From Thermoanaerobaculia bacterium (lineage in GTDB: Bacteria > Acidobacteriota > Thermoanaerobaculia > Multivoradales > Multivoraceae): 64,000 bases of DNA. Location of the stretch: positions 6,048,001-6,112,000 of the forward strand of contig OY761158.1 in assembly GCA_963664405.1 (NCBI GenBank), given 5' to 3'. The notes under the pieces are model-generated. The model worked only from the letters and a program-made list of their open reading frames with translations, did no database searches and was not told the origin of the DNA. Both the position numbers and the translations under genes were made by a program. Shown one piece after another: positions 20,682 through 30,897 of the stretch. Position 1 is the stretch's first letter, and each line of letters starts with the position of its first letter.

Positions 20682-22886
20682 CTAGCGTGACGAACCCCCC
20701 GGCACGCCTTCGAGCACGGTGCGAGATTCGATATGACCCACCAGCTCCTCGGGCTGCCATCAGCTCGGTTTGAGCTGACGATGGCTGAAAGGCCCAGCGG
20801 CTTGATCGCTGTAGTGCGGCGAGTCAGGCCGATCGCTCTGGCCCAGCGGCACATAGATCCAACTGCGTGGCGGGTCGGTCAGGACTACGACCTGGGTCGA
20901 AGTCTGCCCACTCTCACCCCAGACCGTGCCGTCCTCGCGCTCGGGTAGGTAGCGCACCACGCGCAACGTGCTCGTCCCGAGCAGGCCGCTGCCGCCGCCA
21001 CCACCCACCGGCCAGGAGCGGTCGCCTCGGCCGACACGGTGGCGGTCCCCGTAGACGGCGGTGAGGTCACCGTGCTGCCCGACCAAACGACCCGCCGCGG
21101 TCGCGAACGAGCTGAGGAACGCCCGTTCGGCGTCCTCCGTTACGGTCAGCGGCGACCGCGTCTCGCCTTCGACGATCGCATACCAATCGTCGATGCCTGA
21201 TGCGATCTCACGCAACCTCTCCTCGCCGAGGTCCTCGAGCAGCTGACGTCGCCAGAAGTCGTAGACCAGAGCGCCCGTCGAGTCGGCCTCCAGCTTCCGG
21301 TCCCAGCTCAGGATCTCATCGAGCGCCTCGCGGTAGAAGGGGGTGCCGGCTTTCTCACCGGCCAGCTTCTCGTCTGCGCGCCGCAGCGCCTCGATCCAGC
21401 GATCCGCACCATAGGGCACGACGTCGTTGGCGATCGCGATCGCGTCGGCGGCGGTCACCGAGTCGTCTGGCGCCAAGAGCTCCAGCGCCCGCGCCCCACG
21501 TTGGTTTGTCCACCCGGAGAGCTCCGCGCCGTAGGCATGGCTCGCGAAGAGATAGGGAAGGTGATCCTCGGGGTCGAAGGGCGAGTCCACGATCATCGCA
21601 TCGGGCGGAATGTTACAGTTCTGCATATAGCCCTGTTTGGGATTGAGAACTTGAAGGTTGTCGGAGGATGGATGAAAGCCGAGCCATTCAGTCGCCGATG
21701 TCGAGCCATCCACCGGAAGGGACCAGTCGTAGCCCGGAGGGCGGCGCGGGACACGACCGGCGCGGTGGTAGTAAATGTTGCCGGAGGTGTCGGCGACCAT
21801 CACGTTCTGAGAGACCATGGTCTGGGCTCCGAGCCCTCTCACCGCCGCTTGGTAGTCGGTGCCGAAGTTCAGCTCGTGGGTGAGCTCGTTGGCGAACAAG
21901 ACATCGACGTTGGAGATCTTCGCCGCGTAGGCCTTGCCGTCGTGCCGGGCAACGATCGGGCCGTGGTGCGAGAACCACACGGTGTGGCTCTGGGTGGCTG
22001 CGCCCCTGACCTCGATCTCCAGCTGACGCGAGGTCATCGCCCGCCACTGCCCGTCGTAGAGGTAGTGGTGGGGGCGATCGTCGTCCACAACGAGCTCGTA
22101 GACGTCGGCAATGTCCGGGCCGCCCGTGGTGTACGCCCACGCCAGGTGGCGACTGTGTCCGATGGCGATGTAGGGGCCTCCAGCCATGTTGACGCCGCTG
22201 CCCTCGAGCGAGCCGGCGTGGATGCGGAACTCCCACCAGCGGGTCTGCCCATGCCAGCCGAGGTGCGGATCGCTGGCGAGGATAGCAGCGCCCTCCGCCG
22301 AGCGCGACGGGGCGATTGCGAACTGGTTCGAGCCGCGCGATTCCGCGATCGGACCCGCTTGTATTCCAGCCCTGCGCAGGTCGCCGTAGGCCTCGTCCAT
22401 CGCCCAGACGAAGTGGGTGAAACGGCCGACCGCGAGCACCATGGCGGGCTCCGCCTGGCGCCCGCGCCACCACTCGGGCACATCCTCGGGGTGCGCCGCG
22501 TAGTAGTCGTTGATGCCACGCGTAAAGGCCTCGAGTTGCCCGAGATTCTCCGGCTGCAGATCCCCCAGGTGGCTCTTGATCACCGCGTAGTGATCCCAGA
22601 TGCGCCCGCTCAGGTCGAGCTGCACGCCCTCCTCGCCCATCGCGGTGGCGTACTCACCGATGCCCATGAGTAAATTCAGCGCCACCTGCTCCGGGCGGTC
22701 CTCCGTCTGTGCCCAACCCTGGGCGTAGAGTCCATCCGCAACGGTTGGAGCATAGATGTGCGCGATGCCCCAGGTGTCGCGGTAGATCACCGTCTTGTCG
22801 GCATCGGCTCCGCTCCCCGGGAGATCGACGCCGGAGGAGCACCCTAGCAGCAGAGCTGTAAAGCAACCGGCGAAGACTCGTCGCAT
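20682..22886 (-). CDS. Penicillin acylase family Ntn-hydrolase lipoprotein with in-frame TGA at 20760-20762 near the C-terminus
   Basis: IYRDTWGIAHIYA, GSNQFAI catalytic Ser, DPHL, GQSDRPDSPHYSDQA; frame continues *WQPEELVGHIESR to TAG 20682. Confidence 0.85.
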
Positions 22887-22915
22887 CCCCTCGGTCCGCC
22901 AGTAACGAAGGCTGC

Positions 22916-24562
22916 TCAATCCTTCCTCCCCTCTCCGTTGCCCGTCGGCGAGCCGCCGAGGCGCCGGCGCGCCAGCTCGCGGGCTCCGGCGTAATCGACT
23001 TTTCCCGACGGCGACCGCCCGATCGATTCCATGAGGAGAACTTCCCTGGGCGCCTTGTAACTGGCGAGTCGGTCTTTGGTCCAGGCGATCAGATCGCCCG
23101 CCTCGGGCGCGCGGCGAGGCTCGGGCTCGACCAGCGCTATAAGGCTCTCGCCGAAGCGTTGGTGGGGAAGGCCCACTACCACTGCGTCGCGCACCTCCGG
23201 GTGCTCCTTGAGCACCTCCTCTACCTCCTCGGGAAACACCTTTTCGCCGCCGGTGTTGATGCACAGCGAGCCTCGGCCCAACAGAGTGATCGACCCATCC
23301 GCCTCCACCGTGGCGTAGTCCCCGGCGACCGCCCACCTCACGCCGTCGTAGACCGGGAAGGTCTGTGCCGACTTCTCTGGATCTTTGTAGTAGCCGACCG
23401 GTATATAGCCACGCACCGCGATCCGACCGACGGTCTTCGAGCCCGGAGCGACCGGCTTGCCCTCATCGTCGAGGACCGCGGAGGAGTCACCAAGCTTGAA
23501 TCTGGCGGTGCGCTCGGTCACCTCGCCGCTGGACTCGGACAGCGCCATCCCGAAAGACTCCGAAGAGCCCAGTGCGTCGAGCAGGAGCACGGACGGGTTG
23601 TAGCGCAGGAGACCACGCTTGACTTCTTCGCTCCACATCGCCCCCGAGGAGGTGATTCCGAAGAGCGAAGACAGGTCCCAGCGGTCGGGATGGGCTGCAA
23701 TGGCCTCCAGTAAGGGGCGGGCGAATGCGTCACCGACAATCACCGTGAGCTCGACCTTGAAGCGGGTGATGGCATCGAGCATCTCGGTCGGGTCGAAACG
23801 CCGCGACTCGAGGGTGACGACGGTGCCGCCGTCGATGAAGGTCGAGATGCCTGTCATCAGGCCGTTGCCGTGCATGAGCGGGCTCGCAGGCAGAGTGACG
23901 CGACCCGGACCTTCTCGTCGCTTTTGCTCGACGACGGCATCCAGCCCGTGGTCGAGGTCGTACGGACCGAGTGGTCGATGGCTGTTGTAGAGCCGGAGGA
24001 AATCGTCGTGCCGCCACATCACCCCCTTCGGCATCCCGGTAGTGCCTCCGGTGTAGAGCAGCAGGAGATCGTCACCGTCGCGCTTCCACGGCGGCGTCGC
24101 CTCGCGGCCACAGTCGGCGAGCTCTTCGAATGGGATCGCCCAATCCGGACAGACGCCGCTCGAGTCGTCGACGCAGATCCAGCTGTGGATCGCCGGCAGT
24201 CGCGAGCGCAACGGCTCGATCTGCTCCGCGAAGGAAGCGTGGAAAAAGACGGCGACGACGTCCGCGTTTTCCCACAGATAGAAGAGCTCGGCTTCCTGAT
24301 ACCGGTAATTCGTATTGACCGGCACCAGCGACGCGATAAAAGCGCCGACCAGGGACTCCATATACTCCGGGCAGTTGTACATGTACTGCGCAACCTTGTC
24401 CTGACGCTTGACCCCTCGCTCGAGGAGGGCTGCGGCGAGTCCGTTCGACCGCCGATAGAGATCGCCCCAGGTGGTACGCCGGGTGCCCTGAATCTGCGCC
24501 ACAGCGTCTGGATGGGCGCGCGCCGACGCTTCGATCAGGTCCGCGAAGCTCAATCCACTCAT
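22916..24562 (-). CDS. Acyl-CoA synthetase (FadD19-like)
   Basis: YTGGTTGMPKG, GSSE, INTGGEKVFPEEVE, SGK. Confidence 0.9.
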   Translation of the reverse strand: MSGLSFADLIEASARAHPDAVAQIQGTRRTTWGDLYRRSNGLAAALLERGVKRQDKVAQYMYNCPEYMESLVGAFIASLVPVNTNYRYQEAELFYLWENADVVAVFFHASFAEQIEPLRSRLPAIHSWICVDDSSGVCPDWAIPFEELADCGREATPPWKRDGDDLLLLYTGGTTGMPKGVMWRHDDFLRLYNSHRPLGPYDLDHGLDAVVEQKRREGPGRVTLPASPLMHGNGLMTGISTFIDGGTVVTLESRRFDPTEMLDAITRFKVELTVIVGDAFARPLLEAIAAHPDRWDLSSLFGITSSGAMWSEEVKRGLLRYNPSVLLLDALGSSESFGMALSESSGEVTERTARFKLGDSSAVLDDEGKPVAPGSKTVGRIAVRGYIPVGYYKDPEKSAQTFPVYDGVRWAVAGDYATVEADGSITLLGRGSLCINTGGEKVFPEEVEEVLKEHPEVRDAVVVGLPHQRFGESLIALVEPEPRRAPEAGDLIAWTKDRLASYKAPREVLLMESIGRSPSGKVDYAGARELARRRLGGSPTGNGEGRKD

Positions 24563-24648
24563 GAGATCTCCAACGGCGACCGAGATAAGGGCAAGGCCGC
24601 CTGCCACGGATGCATAGCTGCGCAGGTCTTGGTCATGAAATCAGCATC

Positions 24649-25503
24649 TCAGCGAAGGGTGATCGTAGCGTTGCCGAGGACGGCGGAGGGCGGCTCACCA
24701 GCCGTCGCGGTGAGAAGGAGCCTGCCGTTGTCCCGCCATATCGACGTCACGATCGTCTGCCCCGGATAGACCACGCCAGAGAATCTCGCACGATAGCCGG
24801 CAACCCGCTCGACGTCACCGTCCAAAGCGGCGTCGATCACCGCCTTGCAGACGATGCCGTAGGTGCAGAGCCCATGCAGAATGGGCCGCTCGAAGCCGGC
24901 CTTCTTCGCGAACTCGGGATCGACGTGCAGAGGATTCGTATCGCCGCTCAGCCGATAGAGCAGAGCCTGGTGCTCGGCGGTTGGCGTTGAAGAGACGAGG
25001 TCGGGCTCCCGGTCCGGAACCCCGTCGGCCGCGCGAGGGCCCGACTCTCCCCCGAAGCCTCCTTCGTCACGAGCGAAGATCGAGAATCGGTTGGTGAACA
25101 GCGCCTCCCCTCCCTGCTCGTGGGTCACCGTCTCGACGACGATCAGCGCGGCGCTACCCTTGTCCCAGATCTCCGCGATGCGGGCGCGAGTCTCGGTCTT
25201 CGCCTGCGCCGGGATCGGGCGATGCAGCTCCAGCGACTGCTCCCCATGGAGCACGAGCGCGAAGTTGATATCGACACCTGGCGCCCGAGTGAGCCCCCCG
25301 ACAGCGCCGCCTACCGGGATCACGCCAAAACTAGGCAACACCTTCAAGCGGCTCTCGTAGGTGTACTCGAGCTCCTTCGGGTCGCGTGCCTTGCCAACGC
25401 CGGCGCCCACTCCGAGGTGGTAAAGGATCACATCGTTGGCGTTCCAGGAGGTCACCCGCGTTTCCAACTCGGCACCTAGCGCCTTTTCGAGATCGATTGG
25501 CAT
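24649..25503 (-). CDS. MaoC-family double hot-dog dehydratase
   Basis: LHGEQ, YRLSGDTNPLH.DP, ILHGLCTYG. Confidence 0.9.
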   Translation of the reverse strand: MPIDLEKALGAELETRVTSWNANDVILYHLGVGAGVGKARDPKELEYTYESRLKVLPSFGVIPVGGAVGGLTRAPGVDINFALVLHGEQSLELHRPIPAQAKTETRARIAEIWDKGSAALIVVETVTHEQGGEALFTNRFSIFARDEGGFGGESGPRAADGVPDREPDLVSSTPTAEHQALLYRLSGDTNPLHVDPEFAKKAGFERPILHGLCTYGIVCKAVIDAALDGDVERVAGYRARFSGVVYPGQTIVTSIWRDNGRLLLTATAGEPPSAVLGNATITLR

Positions 25504-25528
25504 CGAGGCTCCTCCCGCTCACGGCTCG

Positions 25529-27580
25529 TCAGTTAGCTGGGTGGGGGCCCGGCGCGCGCCGCGTGGCTGCCCCCCCGGGCTCGTACCAGATCGGGGAGGT
25601 CCAGGCGCGCTCCTGAACCGTCTTGGGTACGGTGGGATCGGCACAGTGTGCCGGCTGGCTCCCAGGGGCAGTCCCGATACATTCATAAGAGCTGTATCGA
25701 CAGCTGGGGTTCTCGACCACCCGGGCGTAATAGAAGGCCCTTTTCGCAGGCTCGAAGTCGGGGTCCCGCCACACCGCGCAGGCAGAAGCAGAACCGGGGC
25801 CGCGCGGGGTACAAGTTTCGAGGTCGACGCTCGCTCCATTGTCGGCCGAGCCCGCGACATCAAGGACGGACTGGCGCGCACGACCCTCGCCGTCGACCCA
25901 CCCCTTGATGATCTGAAGCCGTTGCAGCAGGCTGCCTGGAAGCTCGGCGGTGCCAGGGTCGCGCAGCGCCGAAACGACGAAAATGGGCGCCTCGGCGTGG
26001 TCCGGACGTGGCGGCAGATCTCCCCCCATCGGCACGCCTTCCGCGTACCCGCGCGCGACCATTTGAGCGTCCTCGCACAAGTCGTCCGGGTAGGACCAGC
26101 CGCCGAAGAAGCGAGCGGAAATGCGAGGACCGCTGGTGCCGTAGGTCTCGCGCCGCTTCATGCCGGAGAAGATCGCGTCCCTCGAGTTCTCGGTTGCCCA
26201 TACCGCAACCAGGCCGCCCGGGCTGCGGGTCTTGTCCAAGCTCTGGTAGGCCGCTTCGTCGACCCGGCCCGGGGTGCCGTCATGCGTGTCCGTGCTCCCT
26301 ATGATGCCCAGCTTGTAGGGATTGACACCGATCCGATCGGCCTCCAGCAACCCTTCTGCAAGCACGTTGCGGACGAAGTCCAGGCGCGATACGCATCCTC
26401 CTTTGCCGATCGCGCTGAGGATTCCACCCACCACTGGCTCCCAGTTGCCGCTCCCAGGGTCCACCGCGTCGAAATCACCAGCCGAGGTGTCGCCTCCACC
26501 CTCCGGGCATTCCACGATGGGGAGATGAACAGGCGGGATCTTCTCGAAGTCGCAGAGCTCATCCGCCGCTCCGATCAGCCCACCGAGGCCGTTTCGGCAC
26601 TCCGAGTCGCCCTTGATCTGCATGATCTCGACAAGCGGCTCCATCTGCGCTCTGAAAGCGGCTTGCTCGGCCTGCTCGGCAACGGTGCGGGCCCCCGGAT
26701 ACTCGACCGCAAACATGCGACCGTGGCTATAGTTCGAATTGTGGGGGATGGTCAGCACCTCGCAGCCCCCTTCCGCGTCCGTGCAAGTGGCCTTCAGTTT
26801 TTTCCAGAGCCCCTGGGGTGTCGACTCCTCGACGTAGGTGACCGGCATCGCGGGCACCGACGAGTTGCGGAAGATGACGTTGCGATGAAGATTGTGCCCC
26901 CCAGGGCTCGCGGTGTACTCGTATCCAGCGAAGGTGGTGAAGTGACAGGGGTCGTTCCAGCGCTCGGCGGCCTCGAGCGTCTGCCGCCAAGCGTCCGACA
27001 CGGCGGCGCGGCAGCGGGACCCGTCGGCTCCGCAGATCGAGGCGAAGCGGGCAGGGCGCTGCGATATCAAGAACTGCCCAAGCACAAACATGCGAGTGCG
27101 GGTGCTCACCTTCCCATCTCCATCGCTGCGGTACGCCGAGCAGGCGCTCCTGTCATAGACAGCAGAGGTCGGATCCGTGCAGAGCAAGGTCTCGGCGAGC
27201 AGCTCGCCATGGTCCGTCACCGCGGCAAAGTCGAGCGGTCGGGCGAGGCGCGTGGACGAGCTGCCGATCGCTTCGCGGTCGAGTGCGGACAGACGAGCCT
27301 CGTCTCGTCGAGCGATGGCGTACGCACGATCGGGAGTCACTCGCGTATCGAAGGTCCACGCGTCGAAGGAAAAGGAGGTGTGCACATGCAGGTCGCCGAA
27401 GTAGGGGTTGCGAAGCTCGGTCGCGCCTGGGCAGGCGTCGTTGGCTTGCACCGCAGCCCCCGTCTCTGGGGCGGTTGCTTCCGCCGCCTCGCTGGGCTGT
27501 CTTTCCTCATTCGGGGAAGGCAGGGCCAGCAGGCCAAAGGCGAGACCGAGCGCGAGGACGGCAACGATGAAACCGCGCAT
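25529..27580 (-). CDS. DUF3604 domain secreted protein
   Basis: YFGDLHVHTSFSFDA, AVTDH, GYEYT, NLHRNVIF, GSTDTH, QERAWTSPIWY. Confidence 0.85.
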   Translation of the reverse strand: MRGFIVAVLALGLAFGLLALPSPNEERQPSEAAEATAPETGAAVQANDACPGATELRNPYFGDLHVHTSFSFDAWTFDTRVTPDRAYAIARRDEARLSALDREAIGSSSTRLARPLDFAAVTDHGELLAETLLCTDPTSAVYDRSACSAYRSDGDGKVSTRTRMFVLGQFLISQRPARFASICGADGSRCRAAVSDAWRQTLEAAERWNDPCHFTTFAGYEYTASPGGHNLHRNVIFRNSSVPAMPVTYVEESTPQGLWKKLKATCTDAEGGCEVLTIPHNSNYSHGRMFAVEYPGARTVAEQAEQAAFRAQMEPLVEIMQIKGDSECRNGLGGLIGAADELCDFEKIPPVHLPIVECPEGGGDTSAGDFDAVDPGSGNWEPVVGGILSAIGKGGCVSRLDFVRNVLAEGLLEADRIGVNPYKLGIIGSTDTHDGTPGRVDEAAYQSLDKTRSPGGLVAVWATENSRDAIFSGMKRRETYGTSGPRISARFFGGWSYPDDLCEDAQMVARGYAEGVPMGGDLPPRPDHAEAPIFVVSALRDPGTAELPGSLLQRLQIIKGWVDGEGRARQSVLDVAGSADNGASVDLETCTPRGPGSASACAVWRDPDFEPAKRAFYYARVVENPSCRYSSYECIGTAPGSQPAHCADPTVPKTVQERAWTSPIWYEPGGAATRRAPGPHPAN

Positions 27581-27599
27581 GCCCCCTACCCCTGTCTCA

Positions 27600-28397
27600 T
27601 CAACGATTACGGTACACCGGGGCACGTTTCTCGAAGTAGGCCTTCAGGGCTTCCCTGTGGTCTTCGGACTCGAAGAGCGTGTCGAGCACCTGCATCGCGT
27701 ACTCGTCGAGATGCCGGGGATCCGCACTGAGCCCGTGCCGCACGATGCGCTTGATCGCGCGTTGCGCCATGGGCGTTCCCAAACGCAGCTCGCCGAGGAA
27801 GCTCTCTACCGTTTCTTGCAAGGATTCCTGGGGCACGACCTTCGAGAGGAGGCCGAGCTTCTCCGCTTCCTCGGCCTCGACCGTCCTGCCGGTGAGAAGG
27901 AGCTCGTACGCGCGACTGAGGCCGACGATGCGCGGGAGGTAGTAAAAGCCGGCGATGGTGCCGATCAAGCCCCTACGAACGTAGAGCCATCCGAACTTCG
28001 CCGTGTCCGCACCGATGCGTATGTCGCAGTAAAGGGCAAAGTCCATCCCCAAGCCCACGGCGAGGCCGTTCACCGCTGCGATGACAGGTTTCTCGCAGTC
28101 GATAATGAAGTCTCCTTCGACAACGTGGGGTTTGCGATACCGGTCAAACTCTCGCTCCTTCATCCGTTCCTCGAAATCTTCGGCCGCCCAAACCTGCTTC
28201 ATGTCGTCGCCGGCACAGAACGCCCGGCCGGCCCCGGTGAGCACGATGAATCTCACCTCGGAGTCGCTGTCTGCACTCTTGAAGGCGTCGCGGAGCTCTT
28301 CTCCTGTCTGCCAGCGCAGCGCATTGAGCACCTCGGGCCGATTCATCGTTATCCACGCCGTGTCGTCCTTCACCTCGAAGCGGATGTCCTCGTACAT
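27600..28397 (-). CDS. Enoyl-CoA hydratase/isomerase family
   Basis: AFCAGDD, KPVIAAVNG.AVG.G. Confidence 0.9.
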   Translation of the reverse strand: MYEDIRFEVKDDTAWITMNRPEVLNALRWQTGEELRDAFKSADSDSEVRFIVLTGAGRAFCAGDDMKQVWAAEDFEERMKEREFDRYRKPHVVEGDFIIDCEKPVIAAVNGLAVGLGMDFALYCDIRIGADTAKFGWLYVRRGLIGTIAGFYYLPRIVGLSRAYELLLTGRTVEAEEAEKLGLLSKVVPQESLQETVESFLGELRLGTPMAQRAIKRIVRHGLSADPRHLDEYAMQVLDTLFESEDHREALKAYFEKRAPVYRNR

Positions 28398-28761
28398 AGA
28401 CTCGCTCTCCCCTCAGCGGTAGCGTGCCGCTAAGACTTTCTTCAGTTCGTTGTTGAATTGCATCACTCGCCCACAGCAGACCAGACCGGAGCGTTCGCTG
28501 CGGAGCCGGCAGGATCTTCACCCTCGCCAGCGCAGCCGCTCCTAGGCGCTCGACATCGGACGGTCGAAACGCCAAAGAGAGTAGGACGTTGCGTGAGCAT
28601 CATAGCAATCTGGCATCACTGTCAATTTATTAGTACGCTGCCTGATGGCAAGTCATCGGCCCGCGCAGACAAGGCACGCCCACTGGTCGGACGGAAGAAA
28701 GGCGCGAGCCGCATCGACCTTGCGCAGAACGACAAAGACGTGACAAGGGGGACGATCGCAG

Positions 28762-28956
28762 ATGGACTTCCACGACACCGCAGAGGACGCCGAGCTCCGC
28801 GCCAGAGCCCGCTCGTGGCTAGGTGAGCAATATCGGCCCAACGAAGCGGAAGACGCCGTCTTGTTGGATCGCGAAGACGAACCGCTCGATGTCGAGCGCG
28901 CCAAGGAGTTCCAGGTAAAGCGTGCAGATGCCAAGATCCCGCGGGGCCGCATCTGA
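28762..28956 (+). pseudogene. 5' fragment of acyl-CoA dehydrogenase (diverged copy of the 33994 gene start)
   Basis: MDFHDTAEDA..RARARSWL nearly identical to the 33994 gene. Confidence 0.9.
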
Positions 28957-29240
28957 TGACCGACACGTCGCTCCTGTTCAGCGTCGAGAATCACGTCGCA
29001 CGAATCACTCTCAATCGTCCCCAGGCTGCGAACTCCCTGAACCTCGACCTTGCCAAGAGTCTGTTTGACGCCGCCGTGACTTGCGACGAAGACTCGGACA
29101 TCCGGGCTGTCGTGTTGACAAGCACCGGGAAGATGTTTTGTGCGGGTGGCGATCTCAAGAGCTTCTGGAAGCACGAGCAGGATCTCGGTCGTCACCTAGA
29201 AGAGGTCGCCGCCCCGCCGAGCCGAGCCATGACATGTTGA
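28956..29240 (+). pseudogene. Truncated enoyl-CoA hydratase
   Basis: ITLNRP..ANSL, FCAGGDL, then ends at 94 aa. Confidence 0.8.
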
Positions 29241-30835
29241 CAACCGCACCACACGAAGAGAGCCAAGAGATAGTGGACCCAATCAAGGGGCCAGAGGCGA
29301 CCTCGAATTCCTTATGCACCCGTAGAGCGGTGTTGACGGCCGCCGCCGGCGGAGTACTGCTCAACACTCTGTCGGCGTGCCGGAGAAGCGCGTCCGGCGA
29401 GCGAGCCGACCGACCCCCGCCCACTAGAACCGCGGCCGCCGCCGGGGCGAGTGCCGGTGACCGCTCGCTCTTGTCCGCGCCCGTCACCACATTGCTCAGG
29501 GCACTGCGCGCAAGAGAGATCTCGTCGGAGGAGCTGGTTCGCCACTGCCTGGAGCGCATCACCGAGGTGAATCCGGTGCTCAACGCCGTCGTCACACTGG
29601 CCGCCGACCCGGCCCTGCGGGCCGCGCGCGACGCCGACCGTCTGAGCGCCAGTGGACAGTTCAGCGGTCCTCTCCATGGGCTACCGATGACGATCAAGGA
29701 CTCGCTCGACACCGCGGGAATTGTTTCGACCTGGGGCACGCTCGGCCGGGCCGGCTTCGTCCCCGAGGCGGACGCTACCGTGGTCGCGCGGCTGCGCGCA
29801 GCAGGTGCCATCGTCCTCGGCAAGACCAACACGCCTGAGCTCACGCTCTCTTACGACACCGACAATCTCATCTTCGGCCCGACCCTCAACCCCTACGACA
29901 TCACCCGCAGCCCCGGCGGGTCGAGCGGTGGCGCCGCCGCTATCGTCGCCGCCGGTGGCTCACCCTGCGACATCGGCAGCGACACCGGTGGATCCATTCG
30001 TTGGCCCGCCCATTGCTGCGGCATCGCCGGGCTGCGCCCGACCAGCGGCCGGGTCCCCAGGACCGGCCACGCGATCGGGTTCGGAACGGTGGTCGACCGG
30101 TGGACCACCCTGGGCCCGCTGGCGCGCTCCGTCGACGACCTCACGCTCCTCTTCTCGATCATCGCAGGACCCGACGATGTCGATCCGTCGATCGTGCCGG
30201 TGCCGATTGGAGATCCTCGCGCGGTGGACCTCACCGCTCTGCGAGTCGCCTTCCACACCGACAATGGAATCGCAACGCCCACGCCGGAGATCCAAGAGGC
30301 GGTGCGACGGGCAGCGAGCGTGCTTGGAGAGCGGGGCGCAGTGGTCGAAGAGAGCCGACCGACAGGAATCGAGAACACCCGACTCGCGCATGGCGCGATA
30401 CGCGCCGCCGACGGTGGGCACTGGATCCTGCAGCTTCTCGCCGAGGCCGGAACCAAGCGGCACGCGTTCGAGGCGCTGGAGCCGCGGCCCGTCGGCACCG
30501 CCATCGACCTCGAGGACGGGATCCGACGCTCGGACGAGCTACGGCTGCAGATGACCGCCTTCTTCGCCGACTACGACCTGATCCTATCGCCGGTGAATGC
30601 CGGACCCGCACCCGAACGGCCCTTCGACCTCCAGCAGGCGCTCCCCAGCTTCAGCTACACCCAGACCTACAGCCTCACCGGTTGGCCGGTTGTCGTCGTC
30701 CGCATCGGGACCTCGCCCGAGGGCCTGCCGATCGGCGTTCAAGTCGTCGCACGGCCGTGGCGCGAGCACGTCGCCCTCGCCGTGGCCAAGCAGCTCGAGG
30801 AAGATCTCGGAGGCTTCGTGCCGCCGGCAATCTGA
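29234..30835 (+). CDS. Amidase signature family, Tat-like signal
   Basis: GGSSGG, GSDTGGSIR, TRRAVL. Confidence 0.9.
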   Translation: MLTTAPHEESQEIVDPIKGPEATSNSLCTRRAVLTAAAGGVLLNTLSACRRSASGERADRPPPTRTAAAAGASAGDRSLLSAPVTTLLRALRAREISSEELVRHCLERITEVNPVLNAVVTLAADPALRAARDADRLSASGQFSGPLHGLPMTIKDSLDTAGIVSTWGTLGRAGFVPEADATVVARLRAAGAIVLGKTNTPELTLSYDTDNLIFGPTLNPYDITRSPGGSSGGAAAIVAAGGSPCDIGSDTGGSIRWPAHCCGIAGLRPTSGRVPRTGHAIGFGTVVDRWTTLGPLARSVDDLTLLFSIIAGPDDVDPSIVPVPIGDPRAVDLTALRVAFHTDNGIATPTPEIQEAVRRAASVLGERGAVVEESRPTGIENTRLAHGAIRAADGGHWILQLLAEAGTKRHAFEALEPRPVGTAIDLEDGIRRSDELRLQMTAFFADYDLILSPVNAGPAPERPFDLQQALPSFSYTQTYSLTGWPVVVVRIGTSPEGLPIGVQVVARPWREHVALAVAKQLEEDLGGFVPPAI

Positions 30836-30897
30836 GCGCGTGAGAAGGCCCCCTAAACTCTCGATGACCAGACTCTGAGCATATAATCCAGCGCGAC

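Noticed and set aside
20760-20762. TGA as Trp (alternative genetic code) or Sec
   Set aside because: Many genes here end normally at TGA and use TGG for Trp; the position does not look like a Cys site
25436-27730. 764-aa plus-strand ORF and similar long antisense ORFs (e.g. 56191-57978, 52424-53980, 16628-18019)
   Set aside because: Shadow ORFs opposite well-supported genes in high-GC DNA, with no recognisable motifs
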